A DNA stretch of 64,000 nucleotides from assembly GCA_001643675.2 (NCBI GenBank), contig LSRY02000044.1, positions 186,001 through 250,000 on the forward strand. The letters are read 5' to 3'. The position numbers and the translations under genes are program-made. The notes under the pieces were generated by a model, which was given only the letters and a program-made list of their open reading frames with translations, had not been told where the DNA came from and searched no databases. The stretch's first letter is position 1, and the number at the start of each line of letters is the position of its first letter. The stretch comes from Monocercomonoides exilis PA203. Its lineage: Eukaryota > Protista > Preaxostyla. Of the stretch, positions 1 to 14,220 are shown piece after piece.

Positions 1-874
1 CATCATTTTCTTTTCGTGAAGGCATTAAAGGAAGGTTTGTTTTCATCAAAAAACCAGAAATTGGAAGAGGAAGAAGAAGAAGAAGACAGAAGAAGAAGAA
101 GAATAGGAAGACGAAGACGAAGAGGAAGAAGAAGAAGTGAAAGAAGACTTTTTATCATTTTCTTTAAGAAGTTTGTTGGTAATTTTGATTATATCGAAAA
201 GAAGAAGAAAGAGAAGGAGAAGATAAAGATTGCGTAAAACAGCGGACGAACGGAATGATGTGAAAAGGTTGCTTAATCGTTGTTCTGAGAGAGCAAGCAT
301 ATAAGGTGATTGATTATGAAGATGAGAGACGAAGAATAGGAAGGCAAAGAGGAAGAGGAAGACGATGAAACAAATTAACAAAATGAACACATTCTGAATT
401 TTGTGGAGAAAAAGAAGACTGAAAGGAAGAGAAGACGACTACGATAAAGACGAAGGAAACAAATATGAAAGAAGAGGAAGAAGAAAAATTATACGAGCAA
501 AAAATGGATTCGAAGACATTTTCAGCAGGAGTCGAATGCATTGTTGTGGTGCAATCGGAATAAGTCATATTTGAAAATCTCAGCAAACAGGAAAAAGTGA
601 AATCTTCGTGATGCAAAAGAAGAATATTATATCGCATCAGCGTTGTGGATGAATGAAATGTTGAAGCTTCAAACTGTTGCATGATTGAAATAGTTAAATT
701 TCGAATGACTAAGAAGAATAAGAGCATGAAGACTCAAATTCTATTTGATATTTGACATCTGTTATAAGCATCAAATGTTCTATATATTGAAATGCGAACA
801 AAATTGTTGTTCTGTCACTGTACACAATGAATCTCCATATAAAAATTCGATGAAAAAAATGCAGTTTCAGATGC

Positions 875-1754
875 ATTTCTGAAAGATGAATTATTATTCT
901 TTCATTTTCACTGATATTCCATCTCGGGCTGACAAATTATTTATGAAAAAAATCGTATTGGTTGCTATTATTGCAGCTTTTTTAATAGAAATAAAATGAG
1001 AATATGGTTCAAACACATTAATTGCTTTGCGCTTTGCTCACAAAAATATCCATATGAAAATTAATGCATATTTATTTTTGACACAATAAAATACAAAAAA
1101 TTATAAATACGTTCCATTTTCCTGAAAATATGTGAAATAAAAAATCTCGATCACAAAAGTGGTCACTAATTTTTCTTCAGATTTTGCAACAAACAGACAT
1201 AAAAAGATGTGGGGAAGCTGTCTGCGTGGAAATCTGAGAAAAAATTAGTGACCACTTTTGTGATCGCCAGTCATTTACAAAAACACTTTTATTAAGGTTC
1301 TCATCAGATTTGATCCGTTGAACGATCGGAACTATTATAAAACTGAAAATTGAAATGACTGGCGATCACAAAAGTGGTCACTAATTTTTTCTCAGATTTC
1401 CACGCAGACAGCTTCCCCACATCTTTTTATGTCTGTTTGTTGCAAAATCTGAAGAAAAATTAGTGACCACTTTTGTGATCGAGATTTTTTATTTCACATA
1501 TTTTCAGGAAAATGGAACGTATTTATAATTTTTTGTATTTTATTGTGTCAAAAATAAATATGCATTAATTTTCATATGGATATTTTTGTGAGCAAAGCGC
1601 AAAGCAATTAATGTGTTTGAACCATATTCTCATTTTATTTCTATTAAAAAAGCTGCAATAATAGCAACCAATACGATTTTTTTCATAAATAATTTGTCAG
1701 CCCGAGATGGAATATCAGTGAAAATGAAAGAATAATAATTCATCTTTCAGAAAT
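875..1754. repeat. Long inverted repeat: 402-bp arms (875-1276 and 1353-1754), 76-bp spacer
   Basis: Left arm atttctgaaagatg...gatcgccagtcattt is the reverse complement of aaatgactggcgatc...catctttcagaaat; no mismatch seen by eye. Confidence 0.95.
1148..1266. repeat. Nested 119-bp hairpin with 27-bp inverted ends (mirror copy at 1363-1481)
   Basis: cgatcacaaaagtggtcactaattttt starts at 1148 and aaaaattagtgaccacttttgtgatcg ends at 1266. Confidence 0.9.
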
Positions 1755-2319
1755 TTGTCTGTAAGTGATTCTATTTTAATGAGTATTTTTTTGACTTTAT
1801 TTTTTATTTCATCATGGTTAATTGGTTTTTTCTCCATTATTATTAATTCGATCTATCTTTTTTTTGATTCTCTATTTTGACTTATTATTTCTTTGAATAT
1901 ACTCTGAACTTATCTTCATTGATTTTTAAAATTTATTTAAAAATTTATTCATCTGACTTTTGGATTTTATTTTTCATGTTTATCGTATATTGATAGCTAT
2001 TTATCGTGACACAACGTGCATTGAAGATGGAGAAAAAAAGATGAAAGCAAATTAACTCAATAATGAAGAAATGAATTTCTTTTTTAATTAAAAAAGATTT
2101 TTGGAGAATTAACAGTTCACTTGAAATGAAGTTTAATTTTTGTTGGATGAAGATGAAGAAAGAGAACATGACGATAGAGTTCAGAAGAATCAGAAGGAAA
2201 TATATTTTCTGAATGAAATCATAGCAAAGAGAAAAGAAACAGGAGCAAAACCATTTGAAAATTGATTCGCATCAGCTAATTAGCATATTCAAAAGGTGAA
2301 TGAATAAAAAATCAACTTC

Positions 2320-2730
2320 TTCGTTGGAAGCACTTCTGTAAATGGCAGAGGAAATGATGTGTTCTTCAGTGGAAGCAGCATAACCCAATCCCCATTTGAG
2401 AATTGTGGTTCAACAACTCAAACAAAAAGAGTGTGGAATCAAGGAACTGCTGACAATGAAACTTTCAATGGCTGGCTCCCCCTCATTGCCCAGAACAAAA
2501 TTGCTGCCAACAATGGAACCGATGCTGATGTATGTGGAAGACCCCAAAAGACCCCATGTGCCGCCATCGAATATGCTCTCAACGGCTTCATATCCCTCCT
2601 CCAAGAAGCATCCCTCACCCCCTTCACCTCAACATTTGTTCCTCTTCAAGCACTCACCTTCAGTGCGATTGATTCCAAAATCACAGGAAATGACACAGAT
2701 TCCACCAACATCGCCTCCAGTAGTATTCCT
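2320..2730 (+). pseudogene. Fragment of the Pmp-like receptor family
   Basis: Reads GRGNDVFF...PFENCGSTT..KRVW...GWL...NGTDADVCGRPQKTPCAAI. This matches the head/stalk junction (GHDVxF...PFYESYTTN..KRVY...DWL...GND...CG....PC) of the two full genes, then decays into Ser-rich sequence. Confidence 0.7.
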
Positions 2731-3224
2731 CAACCATCTTCTTCTTCTTCTTTTTCTTTTTCATCATCTTCTTCTTCTTCTGCTGCTACTAATGCTTTTT
2801 CTCAAAAATCTTTTTCCTTTCCCCTCTCGTCCTTCCATTCATCTCATTCGTCTTCCCATTCTCGCCTATTCCCTTTTCGGTGGTATGTTTTCAACATCAG
2901 AGGAATGTGCGAACATTGCTTCATTTTTTTGCTTGAATGAAGTTCAGTCGCACGACTTCAATGCTTTCATCATCATCTCAAACTTCTCCCCATTTATCGA
3001 AAGATTGTTCCATTTCACATTCCTCCTCTTCATCGTTTTCTTCCTCATATTAATCATAAGCCGCTTTTCCAAATAACACATCCACTAAATTATCTTCCTT
3101 ATCTCCCTCTTCGTTATCATAATTTTCGTCTTTATTTTCCTCCTCTTTTTCTGCTTCTTCTGCTTCTGCTGCTTCAAATACTTCTTTTCCTCCTGCAACT
3201 TCATCATCCATTCCATCAAAGCAA

Positions 3225-6200
3225 TTGCCTTCTCCCCGTTCTCCTTCAAAGAGAAGAAAGGCCATTCCATCTTCTTCTTCTTCCTCTTCCTCCTCCTCTC
3301 CTTCTTCTTCTCCTTCTCCTTCCTCTTCTCCCTCATCTTCACCCTATCCTTCCTCCACCCCCAGTTCCCCTCTGCCCCCTCACACCTCTTCTCCCCTTCG
3401 CCATCAGCTGTCTGCCTCAGACATCGTCGAAGGGAAAAGGCAAGTGCATGCACCGAAGATGTTAGACCTCGACTTCCGAAAGCCACACAGGGGAAAGCCA
3501 AAAAGAGGGAAGAAGACGATTGGGAAAGAGAATTCATTGTTTGCAGCGAGAGAGGCGAGGGAAGAAGGAGAAGAGAGAGAGGAGAGAGAAGAAAGAGGAG
3601 GAAATGGAATGGATAGCAATGGTGAAGGTGTAAGTGAAGGTGTGTCATCAGATAGAGACAAGATGGATGAAAGTGACTCACTTGGATTTCTGAGTGAAGA
3701 CGGAGAGTCTGCAAAGGAAGGGAAGAAAGAGGAAGAAGAAGAGGAAGAAGAGAATGAGAAGAAGAAAGAAGGAAATGAAAATGTAAATGACAATGAAGAT
3801 GTTAACAACACAGTGAGTGATTCAAACAAAGTCAGTGAAGAACAGCAAACTTACACAAAAGAGGAAGAAGGAAGCTCAAATTCACTCAATCTTCAGTCTT
3901 CTTCTTCTTCTTCCACTTCTTCCACTTCTTCTGTGGCAAACAAAACAGAATCGCCTGGAAAATCAGTCAGAACAGCTGCCTCAATACACGCCCCGAATAA
4001 ATTCTCGCCTCAAATCAAACTTTCGCGCAGGGCGAGAACAACAACACGCACATCGAAGTTGCTCAAAGCTGCAAATTTGCTACAGAACAATACAACATCT
4101 GCTTCTTCTTCTGCTTCTTCTTCCACCTCTGCATCGTCAAGTGCTGGCTTTCCAACTGCCTCTTTCCCTATATCAAATGCTCAAGCCAAGAATCCCTCTT
4201 CATCATCATCATCTTCTTCTTCTGTTTCACTGCTGAGCATTCCATCAACTGCATTTGGAAGAGCACTCAAAAGAAGCGGCGGGAGAAAAGCGCTTGCTGC
4301 CTTCAAGCGAACAGTTCGTATGAAGACGCACACAGGCTCAAGAATTGCTCCACCCTAGTTCAAATCAGAAGTGCTGGGGCTGACAAACAAGATGGGTGGA
4401 AGCAGCAATAATAACAGCAATAACAATAATAACAGCAAGAAGAAGAAGCTATTACGTGTGGGGATGTAGCAAGTGCCGCTGAATATTCCACACGGAAGGC
4501 CGCCGAAGATGAAGAGGAAGCGGATGATTACTGCGATTGGGTTGAATCAGCAGGGGAAGAAGAGTGAAGGATGTGCAAATGCAAATGCAACAGCGCAGAA
4601 TACGAGTCGTTTGGAATCAACTGTTGTAACATTGGCGAGAAAGAGGATAGTTTTGAAACAAAGAGAAGGAGAAGGAAAAGGAAAAGGAGAGAGAAAAGGA
4701 AAAGGAGAAAGAGAAAGAGAAGGGAAGAATAATTTATGCGTTTAAAGAGCTTCTTCCAGATGAATAGGAGTTTGGAAGACAAAGAGGAGCAAAGCGGAGA
4801 TAGAAAGCGAGCGTGAGAGGGAAAGGAAAAGCGAAAGGAAAAGCATTCCTATCAAAGACAAGTCCGACGATGAGTTCGTATGATGTACTGAGTGAGCTGC
4901 TTTCGAGAGAGCTGGAGCTGCTACATGTGGTAGATGGCAGCATCACATTTGACTCTTCTGTGTCTGACACGAGTGAGACAAGTGGAAGAAGTGGCAGAAA
5001 CATTGATGGAAATGAATATGACGAGGAAGTTTTTGATGAGGATGAGGAGGAGGAAGAAGAAGACGTGGAGTAAGACAGGATTCTCAGTGCAAAGATATTT
5101 TTGACAAGTACACGGTCCATTCGGCAGACACTGGAAAAGAGCAGATCTGTTTTTGAATATGACACCTCGAACACATGCAACTCGGTAAAAATGAGAGAAA
5201 ACAGCTGAGTTGAAGCAACATTTAATGCAGCTGAGATGAAAGAGAGGCAGAAGAAGGAGGCACTTACGAAGAAGAAGAAGAACATACTGAAGCTGACACA
5301 TGGAAGTATTATTCCTCTAATCAAGCCAGTCTTCCTTCTGCTGCCTTCAAATCTCGTTCAGGAAGAGGAAATCAAGGCAAAGACGCTCAAAAGAAAGATC
5401 TGACCGAGAGGGAAAGGGAAGAACATGTTCTATTTGTTCGAGATGAAGAGATGAAAGAGTGAGTGAACGGAGCAGGTGCAGCAGACACTGAAGAAGCAGA
5501 AGAAGACAGTGAAGATGATGACAATGACGATAGCGATGATAGTTACGTTAGCGGTGATGAAGACAGTTTGGATATAACACGATCTGCTGAAACATCAAAT
5601 GCCGATGAAACATAAAAGACAACAGAAAGAAAAGAAGACTTAACTTCACACCCTGCCCTGCGCTTCACTCCCAAGCAGCGAAAGATGCTTTCATCAGCAT
5701 CCCAAAAGAGCAATCAGAAGAAGTCGCATGTCACTTTCTCATACACCTTAACCATCGTCTGCGGAGAGCTCAGTCCAACCCATCTGCAGTTCACCTTTCC
5801 TTCAGCCAAGTCCACAAAGGAAAATGGAGAGAAAGAAGAAGACGAGAACTCAATTGGCTCAGAAGGCAGCAGAGAAGCCAGACAGCACCCGCCAGAAGAC
5901 ACAGCAATCACAGCTTGGCGGCTGTTTCTGTGTCACGAAGGCATCTTGCCTTGTCTGCCATCAGAGCAGCACTCGGCAGAGAATTGCAGGCACATCTCAG
6001 AGCAGCTGCGGGAAACAGGTTTGCGACGGCTTCTTCATGAGAGAGTTTGTCTAGCAAGACAGGTATGCCAATGCAAATGGAGAAGACGGAGGAGGAGAAG
6101 GAGGAGTGGATTACTTTGGGATTATCATTCTGTTTGGGAGGAAATGCAGACTGAAGACAGGGCTGGAGAAACTGTTTTGTGGTCGATGCAGCAGGTTGGG

Positions 6201-7489
6201 AAGAATGAAGGCGCTGCTTTGCTCCACTCACTCGGAAACGCGCTGTCTCATCTTTTCAGCCAACTTGGATCTCCTCTGCTTCCGAAGCCCATTACGATTC
6301 CTTCATCTCACGCTTGGGCAACGGGGGGAGTGTTGGAGAATGCTGCGAACTCGTTTCTGAATCTGCTGTGTGGCACGAGGCTGTTCAGTTTGGGGAAAGA
6401 AGATGCAGTAAGAGATACACAATTGGTGGAGAACATAAGAAATGAGATGAGTTTGTGGAGAGGAGAAGGAAGGGCAGCTGTGGAAGGATTGGACGCTGCA
6501 AATGGCGTGACGGAGCTGTTCTGCGAAGAGAGAAAAACATTTGGTACTGTGTCTGATGTGTAGAATAAGATCAATAGAAAGAATGATGAACATAATTCCT
6601 CTTTGAATGCAGTGGAAAGAGAGTCATATGCAATCAATGCGAATATTCTGCTTGACCCGCTTTTGTTTGCTTCGTCTGTCTTTTTCGAAGACCAACAACT
6701 TCTGCTGTCTACCTCAGAAAATACAATTTTAGTTCCTCCTCAAAGAACTACATATGTCCCATCCATCGGAGAAACTCTGCTCGAACTGACAAATCCATCT
6801 TTTCAGGTTGTTCCGCTGTGCATTGAGTATCCACAGAAAGGGGAGCAGCATTCGATTCTGCCTTCTTCTCTCGAGTTTTCATGAGCGCTTCTTGTCAACG
6901 TGTGTCCTCTCCATCTTTCTCATCCACTCACTTCTATCGTCCGCACTCTGCTTTCAAAGATGCTTTCAGTATCTTTCACTTCATCTTCCGTGTTCTCCAT
7001 CCCTTCTTTATTCACCTCCTTCGTCACTTCTTTGAAAATTCTAAGTCCACATCATCCTTCATCACAACACCTGCCATCATCTCATTCTCCACGCAGCCCC
7101 TCGGACCTTCTGCCGCGTTGTCCAATCGCCTGCTGCTTTGTCTGCTGGCCACGCGCACTGCACTCACTGCTGTTGCAACCGCTTCTCACAGGCTGATGGT
7201 GAAGAAGGAATTGCTCCACAAAATATCAGCCATATTCGAGACACACCATGTCCAGAAACCTTCTTCTTCTCCTTCAATGTTCATTTCTGCCTCTCTCATC
7301 CAGCGATTGGAGGTTGTTGGCGCTGCATTCGCACAAGCCACACCTTCCGCTTTTGCTTCTGTCCAGCAAACATCTGAGTCTCAGTCAACTTCATTGGCAC
7401 CGAATATAACAACAGATGCACTGGACCTGAGTGGATCTTCAAATTCTGCTGCTGATGAAGCTAATACAACTTCTGTTGGCATGCGATAA
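3225..7489 (+). pseudogene. Degenerate long gene of unknown function, low-complexity N-terminal part
   Basis: Successive + ORFs continue in frame across single stops (TAG 4356, TAG 4467, TAA 5071, TGA 5206, TAG 6561), with frameshifts between blocks; no domain recognised. Confidence 0.6.
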
Positions 7490-9519
7490 ATGCATAAGGA
7501 ACAGCAAGTGGAAGAAGAGGAGAACTTCCCTATCAGATAAAGAAAGACTAATTCTCAGCAATTCTTCCACATCAGCTTCAGACAAGCGTCACCTCCTCTC
7601 AGTTACCTCTCTCTTCTCTTTCGCAATCTCCCTCTCCTTTTCCCTCTTCTCCGTCATTCACATCAAAAAATTCTCCATCCTTAGTTTTCCTCCCTTTTCC
7701 TTCGACTCATTCTCTCCCACTTCAGAGTCGTGAACGGGTATCTTTTACTTTTTCTTTTCTCCCCCATCTGGAGCAATTCCTGAGAATTCTACGACACGAA
7801 GTCTATTTTTTCAAAATTCTTTCTTTTTTTCAAAGGATATTCTTTCATCTTCACCTGCAACTGTCCTCCTTGCTCTGCTTTTGTTACAGCTACCATCTGA
7901 TTCATCATCGTAGTCATCATCATCATCTTCTTCTTCTGATCGTATTTCTTCATTTTTTGCATCTTCATAAGTGATAATAGCAGAAATAAAAAAGAATAGA
8001 ATTTATGAAGAAAAGAAACTAGTTGAAGATGAGAAGATGATTGTTTAGTGAATGAAGAGAATGAAGATAAAGAGAAAGATAAATTTATTAAAAACAGAAT
8101 ATTATGAATGGAATTTGGATTTAATAAAATTGAAGAGATTTTAAAAGAAAAAAGGATAATATGGAAAAGGAGAAAAGTTGGAAGAGAAGACTTCAACGAG
8201 CAGTAAAAGAACGCTAAAACGGAGAAATAATCAATTGTAATTTATCTGAATCATTCCGTCTGCTGCTTCTTTTTCATGGGTGTCCTTAAGCACAGCAACA
8301 AACAGCAGGGAAGGGATGTAAGATGCGATGCTTCGGAGAGCTAATCGATGGTTGGGAAGCCACTTGGAAGTGCCAGAGAGTGCGCAGTCGCTTTGTCAAA
8401 GCGAGGCAATGTTAATCTCACAAAAGTCAGAGCTGATGGTGATGCTGCAGGCAAAGGTGATATTCGGGACAGGCTGATCTGTTGCAGGTGAACAAGCAGC
8501 TGTCGATATGTTCACAGTTGTTCGCCTCTGAACTGGTCGAAAGAAATGGTAGTGAAGAAGGAGAACATCATGCTGAAGAAGCTTGTTGACTTATTTAAAA
8601 CAGAAAGATGAAAATAACACGCTGAATCATTCAGTGGATAAATAGTGGTGATGAGATGCTCAACGAAGAAGCTGATGCTATTATTGAAAAACCAGCAGAG
8701 GCTAGGCAGGACGTAGGGTGGAGAGGTTGGCGTGGGAGAGGAAGAGGGAGGAAGCGGGGAGAGCACGAATAGCAGGGCAGGTGAGGTGGAGGGAATGGAC
8801 AGATATCCTGGAGAGGCGAAGGGTTCCTCGGGAAACACAAAGGAGTGTGGAGTTGAGGTAAACAGGCTTGTCGGCTTCGGAAAAGAGGGAGGAGAACACA
8901 GCAAGGTATCCGTCGAGGAAGGAGAAGAGGGAAGAGTAAGCAGATGCGAAGGAGGAGGGGAAGGAGAACTGGCAGTTGGTGAGGATACAGGTGTTGAGAA
9001 AGGTGACAACAGCAGAGCATCTGAGGAGGAAGACATCCAAATGTATTTAAAAGACGAGGAAGAGGATGGAAGACAGAGATAGAGAAAGATGAAAAAGTGC
9101 AAGTGAAGATTTTCGTTTAATGGAAGCATTTTTTGCGCAAAAAATGAAAATTCACAAATTGTGTTGTTCAATTTTTTAAATAGTGATTTTTTTTTTATTA
9201 TCATCTGTCACTTCTTTTGACGAATAAATCAACAAAAGTTCTTTTTTGTATTATTTGTTGTAAAATCGAAATAAACTGCAAACTGTGAATTTCTTGTGAA
9301 ATATCCTGCATAACAATCATATTTTTGTTTTTGTGTTTTCGATAATTGTTTTTTTCAACGTATTTATTTGGATCTTCAACATCTATTTTGAAATTTCTTT
9401 TCAATAACATTATTTAGCATTCTTCATTTAAGAAATTGATTTATTGAGTATTGAAACAATCATTATCATGCTTCTCAAACAAGATAACTTATGTTTTATA
9501 ATGTTTATTGAATTTTCGA

Positions 9520-9734
9520 GTTTTTTTTTTTTTTTGAAATTATTTTTATTTTATGATATTTGTAATAACATAAATTGGAAACAAATTAAAAACGACAAAT
9601 AATTAATAATGATAATATTTTAAACTATATTTTTATCAAAATATTAATAAAAATTTTCTAATAAACCCCACCCTTAATAAAAAATTATAATGATCAAACT
9701 TTGTAATTTTTTATGATATCAAAAAAAATCACCC
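9520..9734. mobile_element. Solo right end of the GGGTGA/TCACCC inverted-repeat element family
   Basis: cccttaataaaaaatt...tgatcaaac...aattttttatgatatcaaaaaaaatcaccc closely matches about 53381-53444; followed by ACAT. Left boundary approximate. Confidence 0.7.
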
Positions 9735-10365
9735 ACATGAAATGTTATTTGTGCTTCGAAAGAAAAGGAAAATGCATATCTGCTTCGGTGAGCAGTCATT
9801 TATCTCAGCGAGCTTTAATTGAGGTGAAAACAGTGTTCAAGAAAGAAAAAACAACAAACGAAAGAAAAACTTTTGATAACCAAATCAAACCAACAAACGC
9901 TTTTTCGTTGTCAAGTACTACAATAGAATTATTTGAAAAAAGGCATGTTATTGTTCGAGATTGTTCTGTTTTTGATTCGATTTCTTTTTTTAATAATTTT
10001 TCTTGTTATAAATGCAATAATTCTTTGTTGGGGAAAGGTTTTGGTGGTTTCAATTGTTGCGGTGTTTGTGATGCTTTTGGTTTTTGTAATATTTCAAACA
10101 ATTCTTTTCAAGATTTTTCCTTTAATTCTTCTGATTCTTGCTGTTCTTCAACATTTTACACATTACGAGGCATCATTGTACATGCTCAGCCAACTTCATA
10201 TAGGGTTTGAGGTTGAACATGACAACAGGCAATATATATGAAAGCGGTTGTTTTCATATACGGACTTGGATACGGCCTGTTGCCTCCCAGGTGCGCGATT
10301 TAAACAATTATTGTTATTCAAAAAACAACTCAGATTGTGATAAACACTTATCAATAAATATTGTT

Positions 10366-10489
10366 TTCTCTTCTCTTCTCTTCTCTTCTCTTCTCTTCTC
10401 TTCTCTTCTCTTCTCTTCTCTTCTCTTCTCTTCTCTTCTCTTCTCTTCTCTTCTCTTCTCTTCTCTTCTCTTCTCTTCTCTTCTCTTCT
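10366..10489. repeat. (TTCTC)n microsatellite, about 24 units
   Basis: Directly visible. Confidence 0.98.
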
Positions 10490-12299
10490 TTCATCTTTTC
10501 ATATCTTTTTTCAGTGTTGACCTTTCTTTTTGTCTTTGTTTTTGTACACTTATCCCTATCCTTTCCTTTTTATCTATCTTCTTTCCTTTTTTTCTTTTAA
10601 TATTTATAATGAACTCAACTTGTTCTTTTTTAGTTTTTTTCTAAATTTTCGTCATAAAGTTTTTCAATCACCTTTCCCAAACAATTTCCTTTTTCTCTTA
10701 TTCTTTTTGTTTTCGTTTGTTTTGTTTCTGAAAGTCTCCACAATAATTGTTTTTTTTCATTTTTTATTTCATTTTTTCAGTTTCTCGTTATTTTCCAAAA
10801 ATTTTTTCCTTCATTTATTTTCATCCCCATTTTTTTTTTAATTTTCAATTATCATTGACCTTTATCTGTAAGTCTTTATTTTTTCCTTCTCTTTCACTTT
10901 ATTTTCTTTTTTTATATCCAAATTTAATGTTTTTTATCCAAACATCTAATATCCAATTTTTCATTTGTAATCTGGCGTAAAATATGGACTTTCAAGCTTT
11001 TTATGCACTCCCTATTGAAATATTTTTTATTGCATATTTGTAAGGATTTCACAAAGTTGAACAAAGCAATCCATATTTTTCGGGCGGAGCATTCTTCGTT
11101 CAAATGTTATTGAACTTTTATTAGTTTTGATCATTTCCCACAAAAGATCAAAATCTTGATTCTTTCTAAAAACGATGAAAAATAAAAAATCCTTAATTCA
11201 AAAACATATTTTCACTTTTATTTGTCACGAAAACGATTCAAAAAGTTTGGAAATTATGAAAAAATTTCAAAATAAATAATTAGTGGGATATGATCTATCA
11301 AAATATTTCGCACAATTACCTGTGCTTTTATAAGGAAGCAAAGAAATGTGAAATAAAATAAAATGAAAGTCAATTTTCGTCAAAAATATCAGAACGAGCA
11401 GAAAGCAACAATCACAACATTCTCTGTTTCAGTGATTGATCTTTTCATTTCACTGTCATTTGATTCATATGGTATTGGCGCCAAGCGGTAATTCCTTCAT
11501 TACCTACATATCCTCTTCACATTTCAACTTTTTACATGAAAAACCCCTGTTCCTTTTGCGCTTTCACCAATTTAGGAGGGAATTTTTGGTTGGTCGACCT
11601 TTCTGATCCAAATATGGATGTCGTGTTTATGCTTCCGATGGAGCTTCTGTCCTATATGAATGTTATTTCTCTTTAAAAGTTTTGCAGAAAAAACATCTTA
11701 TCAATCGTCTCTTCTTTAAGAATCTTCAAATTCTTCATCTTCTTCATAATCTTTCTCTTTATCCTCCCCTTCTTCTTCGCAATACGCAACAAACATCTTC
11801 TTTTCGCCATTTCAGATGCAAAGAAAAGGGGTAAGTCAGATGCATCGATATCGGAGGATGAATATTCTACACTTCCTCTCACACTTCATACCCACAGATT
11901 GCTGACGATGACTGCTTCATTTCCGTGGGAATGAATGATGAACATTATCAAATTTTTTTGAAGATTTTTATTGCCAGATGCAGGAGGAATTTATGCAAGT
12001 CAAAAGAGGCCATCACAATGAGCTCGAGAAACAATGTTGAGGTTATACTGTGACAAAGCGCACTCTCCTGATCAAAAGTGCTATGTTACAGAACAATTAG
12101 AAGCTCTCAATGATGCTTTTTCGCTCAACTTGTGATTGCACTTATGTGAAAATGTCTGTTTTGAGGGATATTGAATCATAAAGCAAGCAGAGCTTAAGGC
12201 TGTGGAAGTGAATTATTTTCAACGAAACAAAAATGTGCCTGGTCTTCAGCGGATTTCGTTCGTAATTGTACATCTGGTGTCTGAATCTTCGTTGAAGAT

Positions 12300-14220
12300 G
12301 CGTACTGAGAGACGAAACTGAGCGAAAAAGTGATGGAGCAAGGGTTGCAGTGTGCGAAGTGGGGGAGATTGTGGTGATGGGGCTGTAGGCTGCGGGGCTG
12401 AGGATGGAGGATGTGGTTCAATCTCATGCAGCGATTGCACTGGCGGTGCTGGAGGAGCGAGAAGAGGCAGAGGAAGGAGAAAGGGGAGGCAAAGAGGGAG
12501 AAGAAAAGGTAGTAGAAGATGGAGTAGAAGATGGAGGGAGAGAGGAAGGTGAAGGGGATGAGATGAAAGGCGGATATTCTGCTGTGCACAGAGAGTTTGT
12601 AGAAAGAATAAAAGAGAACCAGGGGAAGCTGGAAGAAGCGATGACACCACTGGTTGTAGAGGCGCTTGGGCTGAGTCGGCTGAGGTTTGCGAAGGCAGGG
12701 GCGGGGACAGAGGCTGATGCTGAGGCGAGTGCAGACGCAGCATTCGGTGCAACCAGAAGTGTGCAGTTCCTCTCCATCCGATGGCATTCAACGGGAGAAC
12801 AGGAGAGCAGAAGAAGAAGCAGCAGATGGATCTTTGGGCATGACTTCAGATGGAAGTGCAGAGGAAGTGGGAAAAGATGTGGAACAGGTGGAAATGTCGA
12901 AAAGTGGTTTAGAGATGAATGAGGAGTCAGGGAGAGAGGGTGGTTTGATTGATTTGGAGAAGGAAGAGGAGGAAGAAGAAGAAGAGGGACAGATTCTGGA
13001 TGTGGAATCGCTACTGAGTGTTCCTGCGCACCCGGAGTGTGTGACGCTGGTTGACGAGAGTGCGTATGGGAGCTGGCGGGACTATCTGGTGACGATGACG
13101 GTGACGGGGGTGCTGGTGGAGCTGTGTGCGGAGCGGGAGCGGATTGTGTGGAAGCCGGTTGTGGAAGGGATGATACAGCCGGATGGGACGATGAGCATCA
13201 CGTTTATTGGGGAGAGTCAAATTCAGAAAGAGAAGAGAAGAGAAGAGAAGTGGGGTGGGAGTGAGTGTTTAGCATCGGATTGGGCGTTGTTTCATTTTAA
13301 TAAAGACAGGCAGAGGGAGACGATGAACGAGTTTGTTGTGATCGAGGCTGTTGTGCCGCAGGAAAGTGTGCCGTCGATCGCTCTGCGGGATGCGACGTTT
13401 GCGATCGGGCAAGTGTGCCAATGGAAAGGGATGATTGAGGTGTTTGGATTTCGTATTGTGTGTTTGTGGACAAATGGGAGTTGCTGAAGGATTCATCGGC
13501 ATTCCTGTGAATGTTGTATTTTCTGCTTTAAGGCATCGAGATCGAATTTGGAAACTACCTCCTTCCGCGCCGCGCCAGCGCTGCCGCTTTGCATGTGCGT
13601 GCTGCGTCGTCTGATTCTGCGCATTCTAACTCTGCTCGGCTTAATGGATCTTCGAGCGGAGTGCACAGGTTGGCTCTGCAGCGCCAGGTGTTCATCGAGA
13701 GTATCTCCTCAACCAGTACCTGGTTGGGCTACCGTCTCAGCACAAGCGTATGCCTTCCTCTCTCCTATTTCAGAGCGCAGCTTTGTGAAAGAGCAGCCGT
13801 TCTACCATCCAGAGCTGAAGCGTGTGCCGCGCGGGCAGTTCTTTTCGAACTGCCGGTAGCACAACATCACGTTTGACTAAGATGGGAAGTGAGATGTGCT
13901 GTTCCAGCCGGCAGGACATCTCATCGCTGGGATTGTGGAGCGAACAGCATAGCGAGCGCTGGAGACGGTGGCTGTGCAGATGCTGCACTGTGCATTTGTT
14001 TCTGAGCTGAGCTGAGAAGACAAGAAAAGGATGGAAAAGCGGGTGTATGGAGAGAATGGGGGCGTGACAAGAGAGAAGGCGATGGAGAGGTTGAACTTTG
14101 TTGGAAATGGGCATGAGAAAAGCGCGCGAGAGAAAGGAGACTTGGCAAAGGCTGGTCTTAATGACCGGTCGCGCATTTGCTATTCAGTCAATCTGATAGT
14201 TCATTTTGGTCAGCTTCAAG
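12300..14220 (+). pseudogene. Frameshifted coding-like region, unknown product
   Basis: G-rich coding-like composition; overlapping ORFs 12404-12922, 12687-13487 and 14031 onward lie in shifted or interrupted frames; no family recognised. Confidence 0.45.

Noticed and set aside
1148-1481. CRISPR-like array from the 27-bp motif
   Set aside because: Copies alternate in orientation and two spacers are mirror images; eukaryotic context and no cas genes.
3225-7489. TAA/TAG read as Gln, as in some oxymonads
   Set aside because: TGA stops and frameshifts also interrupt this region, and three ORFs of over 2000 codons contain no internal TAA/TAG; pseudogenisation fits better.
9181-9204. Degenerate left partner for the end at 9734
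   Set aside because: tagtgatttttttttt-attatcat is a weak, low-complexity match and its flank is not ACAT.
14031-14220. Ubiquitin-like domain
   Set aside because: Only a faint RLNFVG resemblance; not supportable.
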